Of a stretch of DNA of 64,000 nt, positions 10,972-22,500 are shown in pieces; position 1 is the stretch's first letter, and each line of letters opens with the position of its first letter. The notes under the pieces were generated by a model. It made no database searches, was not told the origin of the DNA, and saw nothing but the letters and a program-made list of their open reading frames with translations. The position numbers and the translations under genes are program-made. Origin of the DNA: Raillietiella orientalis (taxonomy: Eukaryota); assembly GCA_036172245.1 (NCBI GenBank), contig JAYWIR010000039.1, positions 1,240,001-1,304,000 on the forward strand, given 5' to 3'.

Positions 10972-13321
10972 GTAAGTGCCGAAGGCAAAGTTACGAAAAA
11001 CGACGGTGTACGGTGTACAAAGCGAAATCAGGGCGGATCGCTACCCCCACATGCACACCTTCTTTCAGGGAATGCATGCACACGAAGCACGTTTGCTTCC
11101 CAGAAAATGGCTCCGACACATTTGCGCCTATTTTTTGTGGGGGCAGATGCCGTGAGCACTTTCACAAGCATTTGAGTGGCTGAACCACCAAGTGATGTGA
11201 GCACACAGACTGCTGCCCGTGTTAAAGGGCTTTTTGAACAGCCATGATGGACGATTTCGAATAAAAAGCGCTCGTGTGTGACGTATCATTCAAATTTCTG
11301 ATTTCACAGTTACTTGCTGCGTCACGAGGGCCACTGCAGTCAGGCATCGTGCTTTAAATTTTATTACTGATGGAGATTGATGTAGTTGGCGTTACGTCAT
11401 CGGGAGTTGCATCTTGAAATTATCAGATTATCATTTAAACGACCCGCAGCTTGGAAATCCTAATTTTGACTTCCCACGAAATCAGTCATGTAGGCGTAGC
11501 CGTATGCACCGGAGCATTTCAAATGGATTAAAGAATAGCTTGAGCTGACACGAAAAGATAACAGAAAATAAAATATGGCACGTCGTTGGCATTCCGAATG
11601 CGGGCGGTCAAACAAACTGGAGTCTCTTGACCGGATCCACCGAGAATCGGAACTAGATCGAGGAAAACCACCACGAAGAACCATCTCAGCCCTCTGGGTA
11701 GCTGACAGAGGTGGAACGTGGCCATCGCGTAACACAAAACATCATCTGTGCGCTGCATGTACAACGGCACGGAGTCGCGTGCCAGAAACTGTATTTGTGC
11801 TTCGTGAATCACCTCGTTCGTACGGGACAAGCAGCAGCCACTTGGCCACTTCGTTGAAACGCGACCCCCAAGTGGGCGCACTCGGAGTCGACAAAGAAGG
11901 GAATGAGGTATGTGAGATCGAGAAGGCGATGAATGCATTCCTTCCCGGTCCGGGAGGGTTGCCAACTGCGTCGGTCAAGCTGAAGAAAGAGTGATCGCAA
12001 TCAAAGTGTGTGGTGACGGGAGACCCAAGCTAGCTGTATGAATGAAATAATAATAATAATGATAAATGATCATTTTCAAAGAAAAAAAGCACGCTTGTCT
12101 TTCATCGCATGCAGTTAAATGAAATTAACAAGCAGAATTTATAATTGGGTCATAGCAAATGGGAATATCTTTTGTCTACTCAGAGCCCATTTCTGTAGAT
12201 GCTGCTGTGCTCTAAACGTGATGAATGTTCATGGATCGTTAACCGTGCTTTGTCCAAACATCCGGATAGTCGGGTCTGAACGTTCTTAGGATTGTTCTTT
12301 TTCTTGCAAAAGTTTTTTTTTTCCGTACGGTACGTTGAACGCCCGTCTGAACGAAAGACTCCTCTTAACAAAACGCATACGGAAAAGAAACCGAGCTGCA
12401 GCCGATGCACAGATGCCGAGTTTCATGGCTCAACTATAAATCCCTAATTGAATAAGATTAACCAAAGAGATTTCCTATGGAGAAATGCTTGCTACACCAG
12501 ATACACATTCTTAAGACCGATTTCGTATACACAAAAGAGAAGCCTCAGAGGCCTGTTTTCAACGAAAGGGAACGAAATCCAAGACGAAGATACGGTTGAC
12601 GAGCCACGGTCTACATTGACGAAGATGCCTAGAAAGGCAAAAAGTTTTCCTGCGAGAGAACCACACACAGCACGGTTGCAGCGCCTCGCCTGGACATCTC
12701 TTGATGACACACGCAGGCAAAAATATGCGATGGAATCGGTAGAGATCAACGAGGCCGCCCATCATTGGTCACTGAGCACTACGCTCAGATTTTCTCGAGA
12801 TAGGGTGAAAACTTCAAAACTGCTTAACTGCTTCCCGGGGAAATCTCGAAGCAAAGTTTCAGGGAAACATTCCGGCATTTGCAGCCAACGGGAGGATAGG
12901 CACGTTCTTCGAATAATGCCACTACTCAAAGATTCGAAAAATCAAAGGCAATTTTTAAAAAATTTTTGCCACTAGCGAAGCTTGAAAAGTATAGCGCTGG
13001 CAATTTACTCACATGAAACAGCCTTGCTCCACAAATTTATTTCTGATCAGTCTTTGAGGAAATACTCTGTGAAAGAATGTTGGGGGAGGGGGGGGGGGAA
13101 TTGGGAAAGTGTTTTGTTTTGTAAAAACAAACAACAAAGACGCAAAAAAACTGATTAATGGAATTCCTTGAGTTACAGAAAACAAACAAACCATATAAAT
13201 TCATGCAAGACATCCAAATTGACTGAGCAAAGATTGACGTTGACCAGTAATATTGGAATATGAAACATCTTCGAACTTCTGAGAAAACCTCAATTCTGCA
13301 AATCAAACACCATTTGACTGT

Positions 13322-13465
13322 TTATTTATCAATGTGAAGAAGCTTCTGTATGTACCCAAGATGTTTACATGACAACTGGAACAAGTCAGAAGCCAATTCT
13401 TCCATGCATGTATAATGGACACTGCTGAAACTGAACATTTCCTGCAGAAAATGGAAAACAGCTTT
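13322..13465 (-). CDS. Miga: Mitoguardin exon 10 (terminal)
   Basis: KAVFHFLQEMFSFSSVHYTCMEELASDLFQLSCKHLGYIQKLLHIDK then TAA. Confidence 0.88.
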   Translation of the reverse strand, partial: KAVFHFLQEMFSFSSVHYTCMEELASDLFQLSCKHLGYIQKLLHIDK

Positions 13466-16400
13466 CTTGAATGGAAACAAACAAAAAAAAAGTCAGTATC
13501 AAATCATATATCGAGCAAGAAAAACTCACCTGAATATCTATGCATAAACTGCGCAAAGCAGAATCTGAACCAAGAAAGCCCCAGGCGAGAGCTGGTGTGA
13601 CGAATTCCATCAAGTCATAATAAGCATGAAAGAAACTTGGTGGAGATCGCCTTAATCTACGACGCTTAATACAGATAATGGAAGAGACAGCCACTGCCAA
13701 ACACTGCTGAAGTGTCAGACACAACAAGGTCAAAAGAGTCGTACACGTTGCCTCAGGGTGCCAGGGGCCCACCATTCACTCGCCATGACTTTCTGGACAG
13801 CAGACGGTGGACTCTCCAAATCTCGGAAAGAGTCCATCAGGAAGAGATCAATCACCACATCAAACACAGAGGGCAGGCAAACATTTTTGTCTAGCAACTC
13901 TTGACTGAGGTCCTCCAATGTACAGCCACACCTTAGATAGGTGAGCAGCTGATCATAAGCTTCAACAGCTGGATGCCAATCCTGTCATTCACTTTTAAAA
14001 CATGGACTTGAAGATCCAAGCAATACCTTCTCGAATCGACGGAGCAAGCTAACTATCAGCTGGCGACCTGCATCTTCATACCACCTTCTGATGTTAGGAT
14101 CACTCATAAGAACATGCATTGCTTGTCTGATACAGTAAAGCTTTGCCAAATATTCTTCATTGTCTACCAATCCCACCTCCTTTGTTAACAAAGATCTTCA
14201 AATCAAATCCAATAGTCTGTGACTGAGTATTACTTACCTATATGGGACTCCTTGTGAATGAACTATATCCATAGCTTCACCATATAGTAAAGGAACTGCT
14301 GCATCACTAATTTCCTATAACATTTGATATTTCTCTCTTATGCCTCCTGACAAGCTCACCTCATCATCAGTACAAGAATAGAAGCTACTTAAAGATGATG
14401 AACGACTATAAAGACAGCAATCTGACGTTTTTCTCAAAGATTGGTGTGAGAAAACGATAGCCTTCTAAAACAAGGCTTCATACTCTAAGTATGGAAATAA
14501 CAGATCTACCTCCTGGTTCATAAAGGCTTTTTTAGACAAACACAGTAGCTGCCTCCCTTGCTGAATAACTTCATATATAAGAGCTTCCTCCTCTTTTGAA
14601 ACAGGCGATATTTTGCAATTGCCCCATGCCTGGTCCCAGCATTCTAAAGCTTGTTGCAAGTGTTGCAAACCTGGAACAACACCAATTTTCCATCTTTGAA
14701 ATCTGTTTTCAGTGAGATGAAAATGATGGACTGAATGATGACGTGAATGAAACAAACATCATTCAGTGTGACTGAATGATGTTTGTTTTTTCATATAATA
14801 CTAATGTTTGCATTGAAAAGAAACTCACAAGATAAACAAAATTGAATAAAAGAGCTCTGATATTGCCAGCACATGATTTGTTTTTCAGTTGCTTTCTCTT
14901 AACTAACAATGATACGTAAGGTTTAATTTGAATTGCTACAGTTAGGAAAACAAGAGGGATTTCGATAAAAGAAATCTGTTGCTGGAGAAGGGGGCAAAAC
15001 CTATCACCATTAAAATAATCAGTTTTATATAAGAACAAGTAACCAATCTAAACTAACGACATAAAAAGGTACTAAATTCCTCCATTATTGTTTTTCTTAT
15101 AATTTCCATGTTTTTTCTACATGAAAAACTACCAGCTGAGCAAACAAAACAAGAGGACTGAAACCACTTTCCCAGTATTCTACCCATTTAGGCCTACATA
15201 TTCAATCATCATGTTATTTCATGAAAATAAAAAAACATAAAAAGCTCTGTAGATTTCAATTTGCATGTATCTACGACTGAATCAATCTGCAGCATGATTA
15301 TGCACCCTGTATATTCAAATTATACATCATTCAATCATATACTATTTGCTTTGCTACTCATACTGCAAATAGTATGCCTATATCTGTAATAAGAACGAGA
15401 ATTCACTGCGCTGGTTACTATTCATTGTACTCGTTATCACTTCTCATTACAGTGTTGTGTAGATTCACTTCTCAAAACGTTGAAGAAAAACTATTGTTGC
15501 AAGATGCACATATGGCACAAAAATTATCAGGAATGCTGTTCCACCAGTCATCTCCAATTCTTTAGCAGTGTGTGATCGCAACAGAAATTGGTCATGCTTG
15601 CAAAACTGTCTTCACTGATTCGAGCGTACTTTATAAACAAGAAACTCACAAGATCGATATTTAAAGTACTTGTATTAAATCTGACCTCCTGATACAACAA
15701 AACAACACTCACTTGCATCAATATATCTAGTATTGAACTCTTCCAGCTAGACAAATGAAAGACTAGTTCTTTAATGAACTTTCTGATGAAGACTTCTTTT
15801 TTAAACTTGTGTTCTAACTCTGTTAACACACCCATGCATAGGTAACACGTGTTTTTAAATTCCATTTCTAAAAAAATGCGATGTAAAATCATTCTGCACT
15901 TCATCACTTCTAATCCAACTATCCTGTAAAAATCTGGAAGTAATGTCCATACAATTTTGCTATTTTCATATTATACATTTCCAAACTACACATTACCTAA
16001 TCAGAATACTTTCAAACATCAACAAATGCCAACATTCCTCAACTATGTATCATCATAAATAGAAAATTTGGAGAAACAAATGTATGTGAAGTCTTGTAAA
16101 TAAGCAACTAACAGCATCTAACCCTCACAATTGGCTGATAATAACTGCGTATCAACGAATATTACTGTTACAACAGTAAACTAAAATTGCTGCTTACAGA
16201 GCAACATTGCTTATTAACCCAAATACTAAAATGCATTTTTACTCCCATAGTTTTTCCTTCCCTGATACTTCATTTAATGGTGAATCTTAAACAACTTATG
16301 CTCATGATCCAATACAAATTTTTCTTGGTTTTGAAGTTTTGTAAATGCATTGCAGATCTCTTAATGAGTCTGATCTTATATATGTGACAATTAATGAAAT

Positions 16401-19371
16401 CAAATTAAACAATCTACCAAATTATTAATGCAAATTGGAGCATCAGAATAAAAGCAAGTGCACTCGAAAATTTCCATGCACAGCAGACTTTTAACAAGCA
16501 AACAGTTCAAATTTATACAATTTTCCCATTTAAGATTAAAGGCCAAACTAGCCTGTCTCCTTCATTTTACTCACTGAACTCTCTTAAGAAATAAGCAACA
16601 ATTTTTTTCCAATGAACTTGAATTTTCATAAGAGCATTTTTCTAACAGCACATCAATTTCATCAGCATATTGTATTTTTGATAAAATTCACCATAACAAT
16701 ACTGATGAAAAGGCTAGAATCTTTCATCCAACTAAGAGAATAATGTGTTTTTGATTGTTTTATTGTTTTTATAAGCAATTCCCTTCTTAAATTTACAAAT
16801 GTTAGAAAGCATAAAATTCAAAACATAGATTTAAGCATTTTGAATGTTTCAGATATCCATCTATAATTTTTTTGCTTTACATTGTCTGCAATATCAAGTG
16901 AACCTAATTAAATCATCCTTTAATTTAACACTATGGCACAACTTTAACTCCATGGCTTCTCATAGTATTGAATTTAACGTCACTAGTTAATGACTTATTC
17001 AAAAACTACATTCGCATACAAAATGGATCCGTCAACAATCTTCAAAAGTTCATTATCTAATCTGATTTGTCTTTATTGTTAATTTGTATAAGCCTTCGAA
17101 ATTCGATGATGAAATCACCTCTATATTCTGAAGTTATCATTATCAATGTACAAGGCATGCAATGATCAAGTCTGTATAAACTGGAAAGGGAAATGCAATG
17201 AAGGGATTTAATGAAATCAACTTATTGAATTGAAACAAAAAGCATTTAACAGAAAAAATGCAATTAAAAGAACAAGTAAAATATGAATATTACCAGAACT
17301 ATAACCAAAATCCACATCAAGCACAGATTGATAAAATTTACTTCTATAACGGAAAAACTCAAGTTGTTTTGCAATCTCCTTAAACACCAAACCAAAACAT
17401 TTTGACTACAGGAAAAAACACATATTTGGTTTAGGAATGACCTCAAACACCAAAGAATTAGTAATGAAAACGGTTTTCTTTTAAAAACAATTCTTGACAG
17501 TTTAATACATCAATTTGTGTTTAAAGATGAATATAGATAGTGAATGAAGATGAATATAGATTGTAATAATAGTCCAGCAAATTTATAACCACACTTTAAA
17601 CAAGCTCCTTGAACAAAGCTCAAACACATACCCTAAGTTTGACTTCCAGTCCCTGAATTTTTTTTTTTTTTTTTGCAAAAAACAATGAAAACATTTAATC
17701 AGTACTCAATACAAAAACAAATGATTACTGAAATGTATTGATGGCTATCAAGAGGATGCACTGTTATAAGTTTCTGGAAAATTCAGAAGAATGTAATTGA
17801 AGAAATTCTTCCTTCCTGAATTATTTCATTTGTCTCTGGAATAATTCTGCCAGACACTGCATACTATTCCATAATCTTAAACATGTATTCGAGCATCTTT
17901 TTTCCCATTTGCTACACTCTTTTCACTTTGTAGTCAAACTGCTTTGCATTTTGCCTGTCTTCCATGTTCAAAACTACATAGCAGTCTGCAGTTAAGTTTC
18001 ACTTGTTAACTCCAATAAGTTGCCCTATTTTAAATGCAATTTTCCAAACTTCTGATGATCAAACATTTGAAATTAAAATTACAAGCCACTTCATCTTCTA
18101 GCAAAAACACGTTCATCATTAAAAATAATTTTTGAAAACCTTCCAGAAATTATCTGATAACCTGATCTCTATGAAACAATTTTAGATCTTTCCACATTAA
18201 ATTAGCAGTCAATTTATCATATCGAAATTATCATGATAAATTACATGAAAAATGGAAAAACAAAAAAGATATCAATGAATTTGAAACATTAAATACATAT
18301 CAAAAACAGTTATTCACAACATGTTATTGGTCCCAAAAACGTAGTGAAAGATCTAAATGCACAATTCAGTTCAGCACTTTGTACTTTAGATTTTGACTAC
18401 AAATAGTGAATTGCAAATTTCAAGTTGTAAGGCACTTTAACAAAGTGCTAATGTAGTGTATGTGTACCATGTTCATGAAGTTCACTAAGTGCTGTTCCTG
18501 GGCAAAAAAAAACGAATAATCACATTCCCTGAAATGCCTAAATAAATTCACACAATGGTATAATCCAATTGGTTTGGTAGTAAATAAGGCAAAAATGTTT
18601 GCTCCTAATTAATTGGTAGTGCCACTATCATTCCTAATTACATTTTTAAACCTCTATGCAATACTGCTTCATTGGTTTCAGAATTGCTTGTGTTACTAAG
18701 TATCCTTATTTTATTGGAATCCAACAATTTGTGACTGTAATCCTTATCTGGCATGACAAAAAGCTCAAGCAGAAAAGCTACAAAGGGTAGTTTTCATTGA
18801 AACATTGAACATAGTAAATGTAATATACCAAGAACTCCTGCATGCCTCCGGGAGTTTGAAAACAGATAAATGTAACACATAGTAAATATAATATACCAAG
18901 AAGTCCCGCATGTCTCCTGGAGTTAACTTCAAATATTGTATCCTTGATGCCACTTGCATCAGAATCATCTAGTTCTAAAAACAACAAATAAGTGAATTCA
19001 GCAAAATCTTCACACCCAATTCTGGTACAAGAAATGAAAATCAAATTACCTGCAGATAGCGAAGGTCTTTGCTGTTTTTTATTTCGCAACAGTCTCAGTA
19101 TGCTGAAAGTTCCTATACATACTGCAGATGTTATCACCAATAGCTGAACATAATATTAGAATATTTGTTGATCTGAATGATTAATTGACATTACAGATTT
19201 CAAACACTTAATTAGCCCCTACATTATACAGAATTTTACAGATGAAGTTTTGATTCAGGTATTAACGCCAATCACTTTTCTGAAGTAAAAATCCATTCGA
19301 TCTCGAACATCATACATAAGAATGACATGAAATAGCCATACCTTAGTTGTAGGTATACCTTCCGAATTCAT
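13322..19371 (-). CDS. Miga: Mitoguardin (MIGA/FAM73 family) mitochondrial outer-membrane protein; 10 exons, 422 aa
   Basis: Manual splicing with GT-AG introns and consistent phases. Exons: 19342-19371, 19050-19143, 18897-18974, 14510-14670, 14360-14464, 14238-14314, 14027-14195, 13745-13981, 13530-13703, 13322-13465 (1269 nt including the stop codon). The protein has an N-terminal TM segment plus basic patch (LLVITSAVCIGTFSILRLLRNKK), an FFAT-like SSFYSCTDDE, and MIGA-type motifs EYLAKLYCIRQA, WYEDAGRQLI, FDVVIDLFLMDSFRDLESPPSAV, PALAWGFLG and HYTCMEELASDL. Confidence 0.9.
13530..13703 (-). CDS. Miga: Mitoguardin exon 9
   Basis: CLAVAVSSIICIKRRRL...PALAWGFLGSDSALRSLCIDIQ, |gtgagt donor. The acceptor is NAGNAG (cagcag), so the boundary could shift by 3 nt. 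Confidence 0.9.
13745..13981 (-). CDS. Miga: Mitoguardin exon 8
   Basis: DWHPAVEAYDQLLTYL...FDVVIDLFLMDSFRDLESPPSAVQKVMASEWWAPGTLRQR. Confidence 0.9.
14027..14195 (-). CDS. Miga: Mitoguardin exon 7
   Basis: SLLTKEVGLVDNEEYLAKLYCIRQAMHVL...WYEDAGRQLIVSLLRRFEK. Confidence 0.9.
14238..14314 (-). CDS. Miga: Mitoguardin exon 6
   Basis: EISDAAVPLLYGEAMDIVHSQGVPYR, flanked by tatag| and |gtaagt. Confidence 0.85.
14360..14464 (-). CDS. Miga: Mitoguardin exon 5 (FFAT-like motif)
   Basis: KAIVFSHQSLRK...SSLSSFYSCTDDE, flanked by tttag| and |gtgagc. Confidence 0.85.
14510..14670 (-). CDS. Miga: Mitoguardin exon 4
   Basis: ttccag| acceptor, GLQHLQQALECWDQAW...KKAFMNQE, |gtagat donor. Confidence 0.85.
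18811..18924. repeat. Short direct duplication (18811-18856 / 18879-18924) of the mitoguardin exon 3 end and donor site
   Basis: atagtaaatgtaatataccaagaactcctgcatgcctccgggagtt vs atagtaaatataatataccaagaagtcccgcatgtctcctggagtt. Confidence 0.85.
18897..18974 (-). CDS. Miga: Mitoguardin exon 3
   Basis: tttag| acceptor, ELDDSDASGIKDTIFEVNSRRHAGLL, |gtatat donor. Joining to exon 4 gives HAGLLGLQHLQQALECW, resembling the MIGA LGxMGMEALExAxxxW helix. Confidence 0.7.
19050..19143 (-). CDS. Miga: Mitoguardin exon 2 (TM anchor)
   Basis: ttcag| acceptor, LLVITSAVCIGTFSILRLLRNKKQQRPSLSA, |gtaatt donor. Confidence 0.75.
19342..19371 (-). CDS. Miga: Mitoguardin exon 1 (MNSEGIPTTK)
   Basis: ATG at 19371 and AAG|GTATGG donor; phase 0 matches the exon 2 acceptor. 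The exon is short, so it is less certain. Confidence 0.6.
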
Positions 19372-19379
19372 GCCGAGGT

Positions 19380-19560
19380 TCACTCATTCGCAAAGGTTTG
19401 CTTTGAAACATATTTATTAAACTTTCGAACCATAAGTACTCTTTAGAATCCAAATCACCTTTGTGACGTATGCATACACGTCCTATGCGGTATAGTGAAA
19501 CACGTGCACGACGTTACACCTGCTGTTACCACGATTGAAAACACTTTAACCTGCTCACAA
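19380..19560 (-). promoter_or_regulatory. Probable mitoguardin 5' UTR / proximal promoter
   Basis: Lies immediately upstream of the ATG. CpG returns locally, with TGACGT and CACGTG motifs near 19465-19510. The call is positional inference only. Confidence 0.3.
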
Positions 19561-22500
19561 CTATGAGATTTTTGTTTATTGACGAATAATATCTTTTGAT
19601 TCATGAAGTATCCCCATTCCTACGAACGAAAATTCGAATACATGAATGTATTATTAATATAAATGATATACATAAACATATATCCAGTTTTTCCAAAGAA
19701 ACCATTCATAATTATGTTAGCATGGAATCAAGATTCTCTAATTTCAAAATCACGCGACTCTGAATTTGCAAAAATTGCATCCGAATGAGGTCATGTATAT
19801 CATTTTATGACACATCTTCTGTGGACTTTGATATCAAAATCAAAGTTTCAATGAAAGATTGACTAGTAATCTTGCAAGATTAATTCACTGATCATTACGA
19901 GCCTTTGATTGAAACTTTGATTTTGATGTTGATAGCATGCTCATCGATCATTGTCAACGAATCTTATCTTGCAGCATCACTATTCAACCATGGACCAAGA
20001 TTAAACAAGTGTCTGAACAACCCACCAAACATGAGTAACCGAAATACCATAGATTTTTCTAAAGCAACACATACATGAATTGGAGCTTAGTTTTCACTCG
20101 TTTCTACAATATTAGAAACCTGATTGTCGATCTAAATTAATCGATACTGATTCAAGTTTTTTAACTTTAGTAATGGAATTTCCAGCTTTCAAAGTTTTTG
20201 ATTCTTTTCTTCCTTATCTAAGGAAGTTAATAAAAGGATGACCACTTTCCTGTAGATACACAAAAATATTTTGTGAGTTGACTTTAAAAGATGTTTGGGG
20301 AAGCATGAAAAAAAAAACAAAAAAAAACGATCCCGACTCTTAGAAACAAGCTTTCCAATCTGCCCATCAGATCAAATCATTTCAATTAATTTTAAATTCC
20401 TTCATTACAGAGGGATTATGGTCGATTCAGCCTGCCATTTCTAGAGCTGGTGGTTGTCTTGCGTGAGAGGTGGTACCAGTCTTAATCAAAAGACCTTTCG
20501 GCAGCAGGAGTAGCAAAGGATACAAGCATTTTCTGTTTTCGTTTCTCAACAGTTATATTATTAATCCACATGACTTCAGATTTTCCTCCGTGTTTCTTCT
20601 AGGGAAAGCTATTGATTATAATCAGTGAATACACTCACAAGAAAGTCTATAAATTTGCAGCCATCAGTATGGACTTCAGGTTGTAGTTCCGATAAATATA
20701 CACTTGGAAACTTTCACAAAAGTGGATCATTTATAACTGAATTGTTTTGCTGTGTTTCAATTGATCCTGAACAATAAATTTTGTAGAAACTCTGATGTTT
20801 CCGTGATCGTTGTTATTCATTTGACAAACTTTCAGGAGCACTTGCAATTGAAATTCCATTTCTTGTGTTCATAGCAATCTCATTCCAGAATACTTTAATC
20901 ATACAAATAGCTTCCACTTGGACAAGTACATAATTCAAACTCAAACGAATTGCTGTATTTTAAGATCAAATCTTTTGATGAAAGATATATCAAAAAGTAT
21001 CATGACTATGAGTAAGTGAAACATGCATCTAACTCTAGTTTCGAGCCAATAAATTTGAAGAACATGTTCTAGTTAATACTGCCTTTTTTCTGATACTAAA
21101 GGATGATACTTTTATTATCACAGATTCTTTTCCCCCCACAATTCAAAACGTTTCATGATCTTTATAGTGAAAATGAGATTTACGAAGACAAACACACACA
21201 CACACACACAGACATGATATTTCAGAATTAATCCTTATATTATATTTTCTATGATTCTCGAATGTTTTCCTATGTATTTGTGTTTGTGGTACTAGCTTGT
21301 ATGAAGTACACGTAACATGCAGCAGCTCTTAGGAAATACTGTATCTCGAAGAGATGGACTGTCTTACCGTACAGAAGAAAAATGTGGAAAGTACGCACTG
21401 ATAAATCATAGATTTGTTTATCATCTGTAAGGATTCTCTTATTTGCACATTCAGTATCTGTTGAATTATTAATTATTTATTTTTTTGCTGTTGTTATTTC
21501 CATGTGCCTATTTAAGTGTGCTCTGGGGATGCATCTGTTTCTCTATAGCTATACATACACAACGCAGGTTAAACTGCATATAAATGCAGAAATAGATGAA
21601 TATCTTTCGTAAAATATGGATGATTTGTAAATGTTCCCGAATGCACATGTGTAAATATACTCAAATGGTCATGCCGAGCGGAATTTATAAACATATGTGC
21701 GTATATAAACCCGATCTGCATTCAGGTATGGGTGAGTTTCACAGCTGTTTAGAGATTATTCCGAGCTCTTCCAGTTTGCCTGGAACCTTTGAAAACTCGA
21801 AGTTACCCATTTGCACCGGATCTATCGATTCAAATGGGGGAAAAAAAATCTACGCACTCTTCATTTCCGAGAATGGGTCTTGGAATTTATCTGCCCGAGT
21901 GGCACTGATGCTTCCGCATCTGCTTACGAGAGTTGTTGTAGATTCCTGTGATGGTACTTTACATCGAACTGTCATGTTTGAGTTTGCTTGTAGCGAGGGA
22001 GCTTCAGAGAAAGAAGACCAAGCATGATTCCATGATTGATCAAAGGACTAGGAGGAAAACAAAACAAAGAGCAGTGTTGGGCCAGCATGTGCTTGCTCGC
22101 TGTCTCGAAGGACTTCAGTCTGTTTATGGTAATCCCAGGCAACCCTTTGGGTCTCTTCAGTGCAATTAGCGAACCGACGCGCTCAGCTGCTTTCGAATTT
22201 CTAGGTGGGTGTCAGGCGGAGATCTCCCGTCTTCTGTGTGTTCTGAGGCGAGCGCGATCTTTGTCTCCAGGCATCCGAAAGAGCAGAAGGAAGGAAGCTG
22301 AGCATGCAGGAGCGTTTCCAGGACCGCCTGAAATCGCTTGCGCTTCATCCCCCCTCCCCCATACAGCTCGGGTTGACTCATCCACCCAGCCGAAGAAGAT
22401 CCATTTTTCTTCCCCCTTCGGTGCGTCTTCGCCGACGATCAAACGAATGTTTCCGCCGTGGTCCTTCGCGATCGGAGTCTGCCCGCTTCCGCCCGCGGGG

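Noticed and set aside
13322..14755. Mitoguardin as a frameshifted processed pseudogene
   Set aside because: Every apparent stop or frameshift is removed by a canonical GT-AG intron in correct phase.
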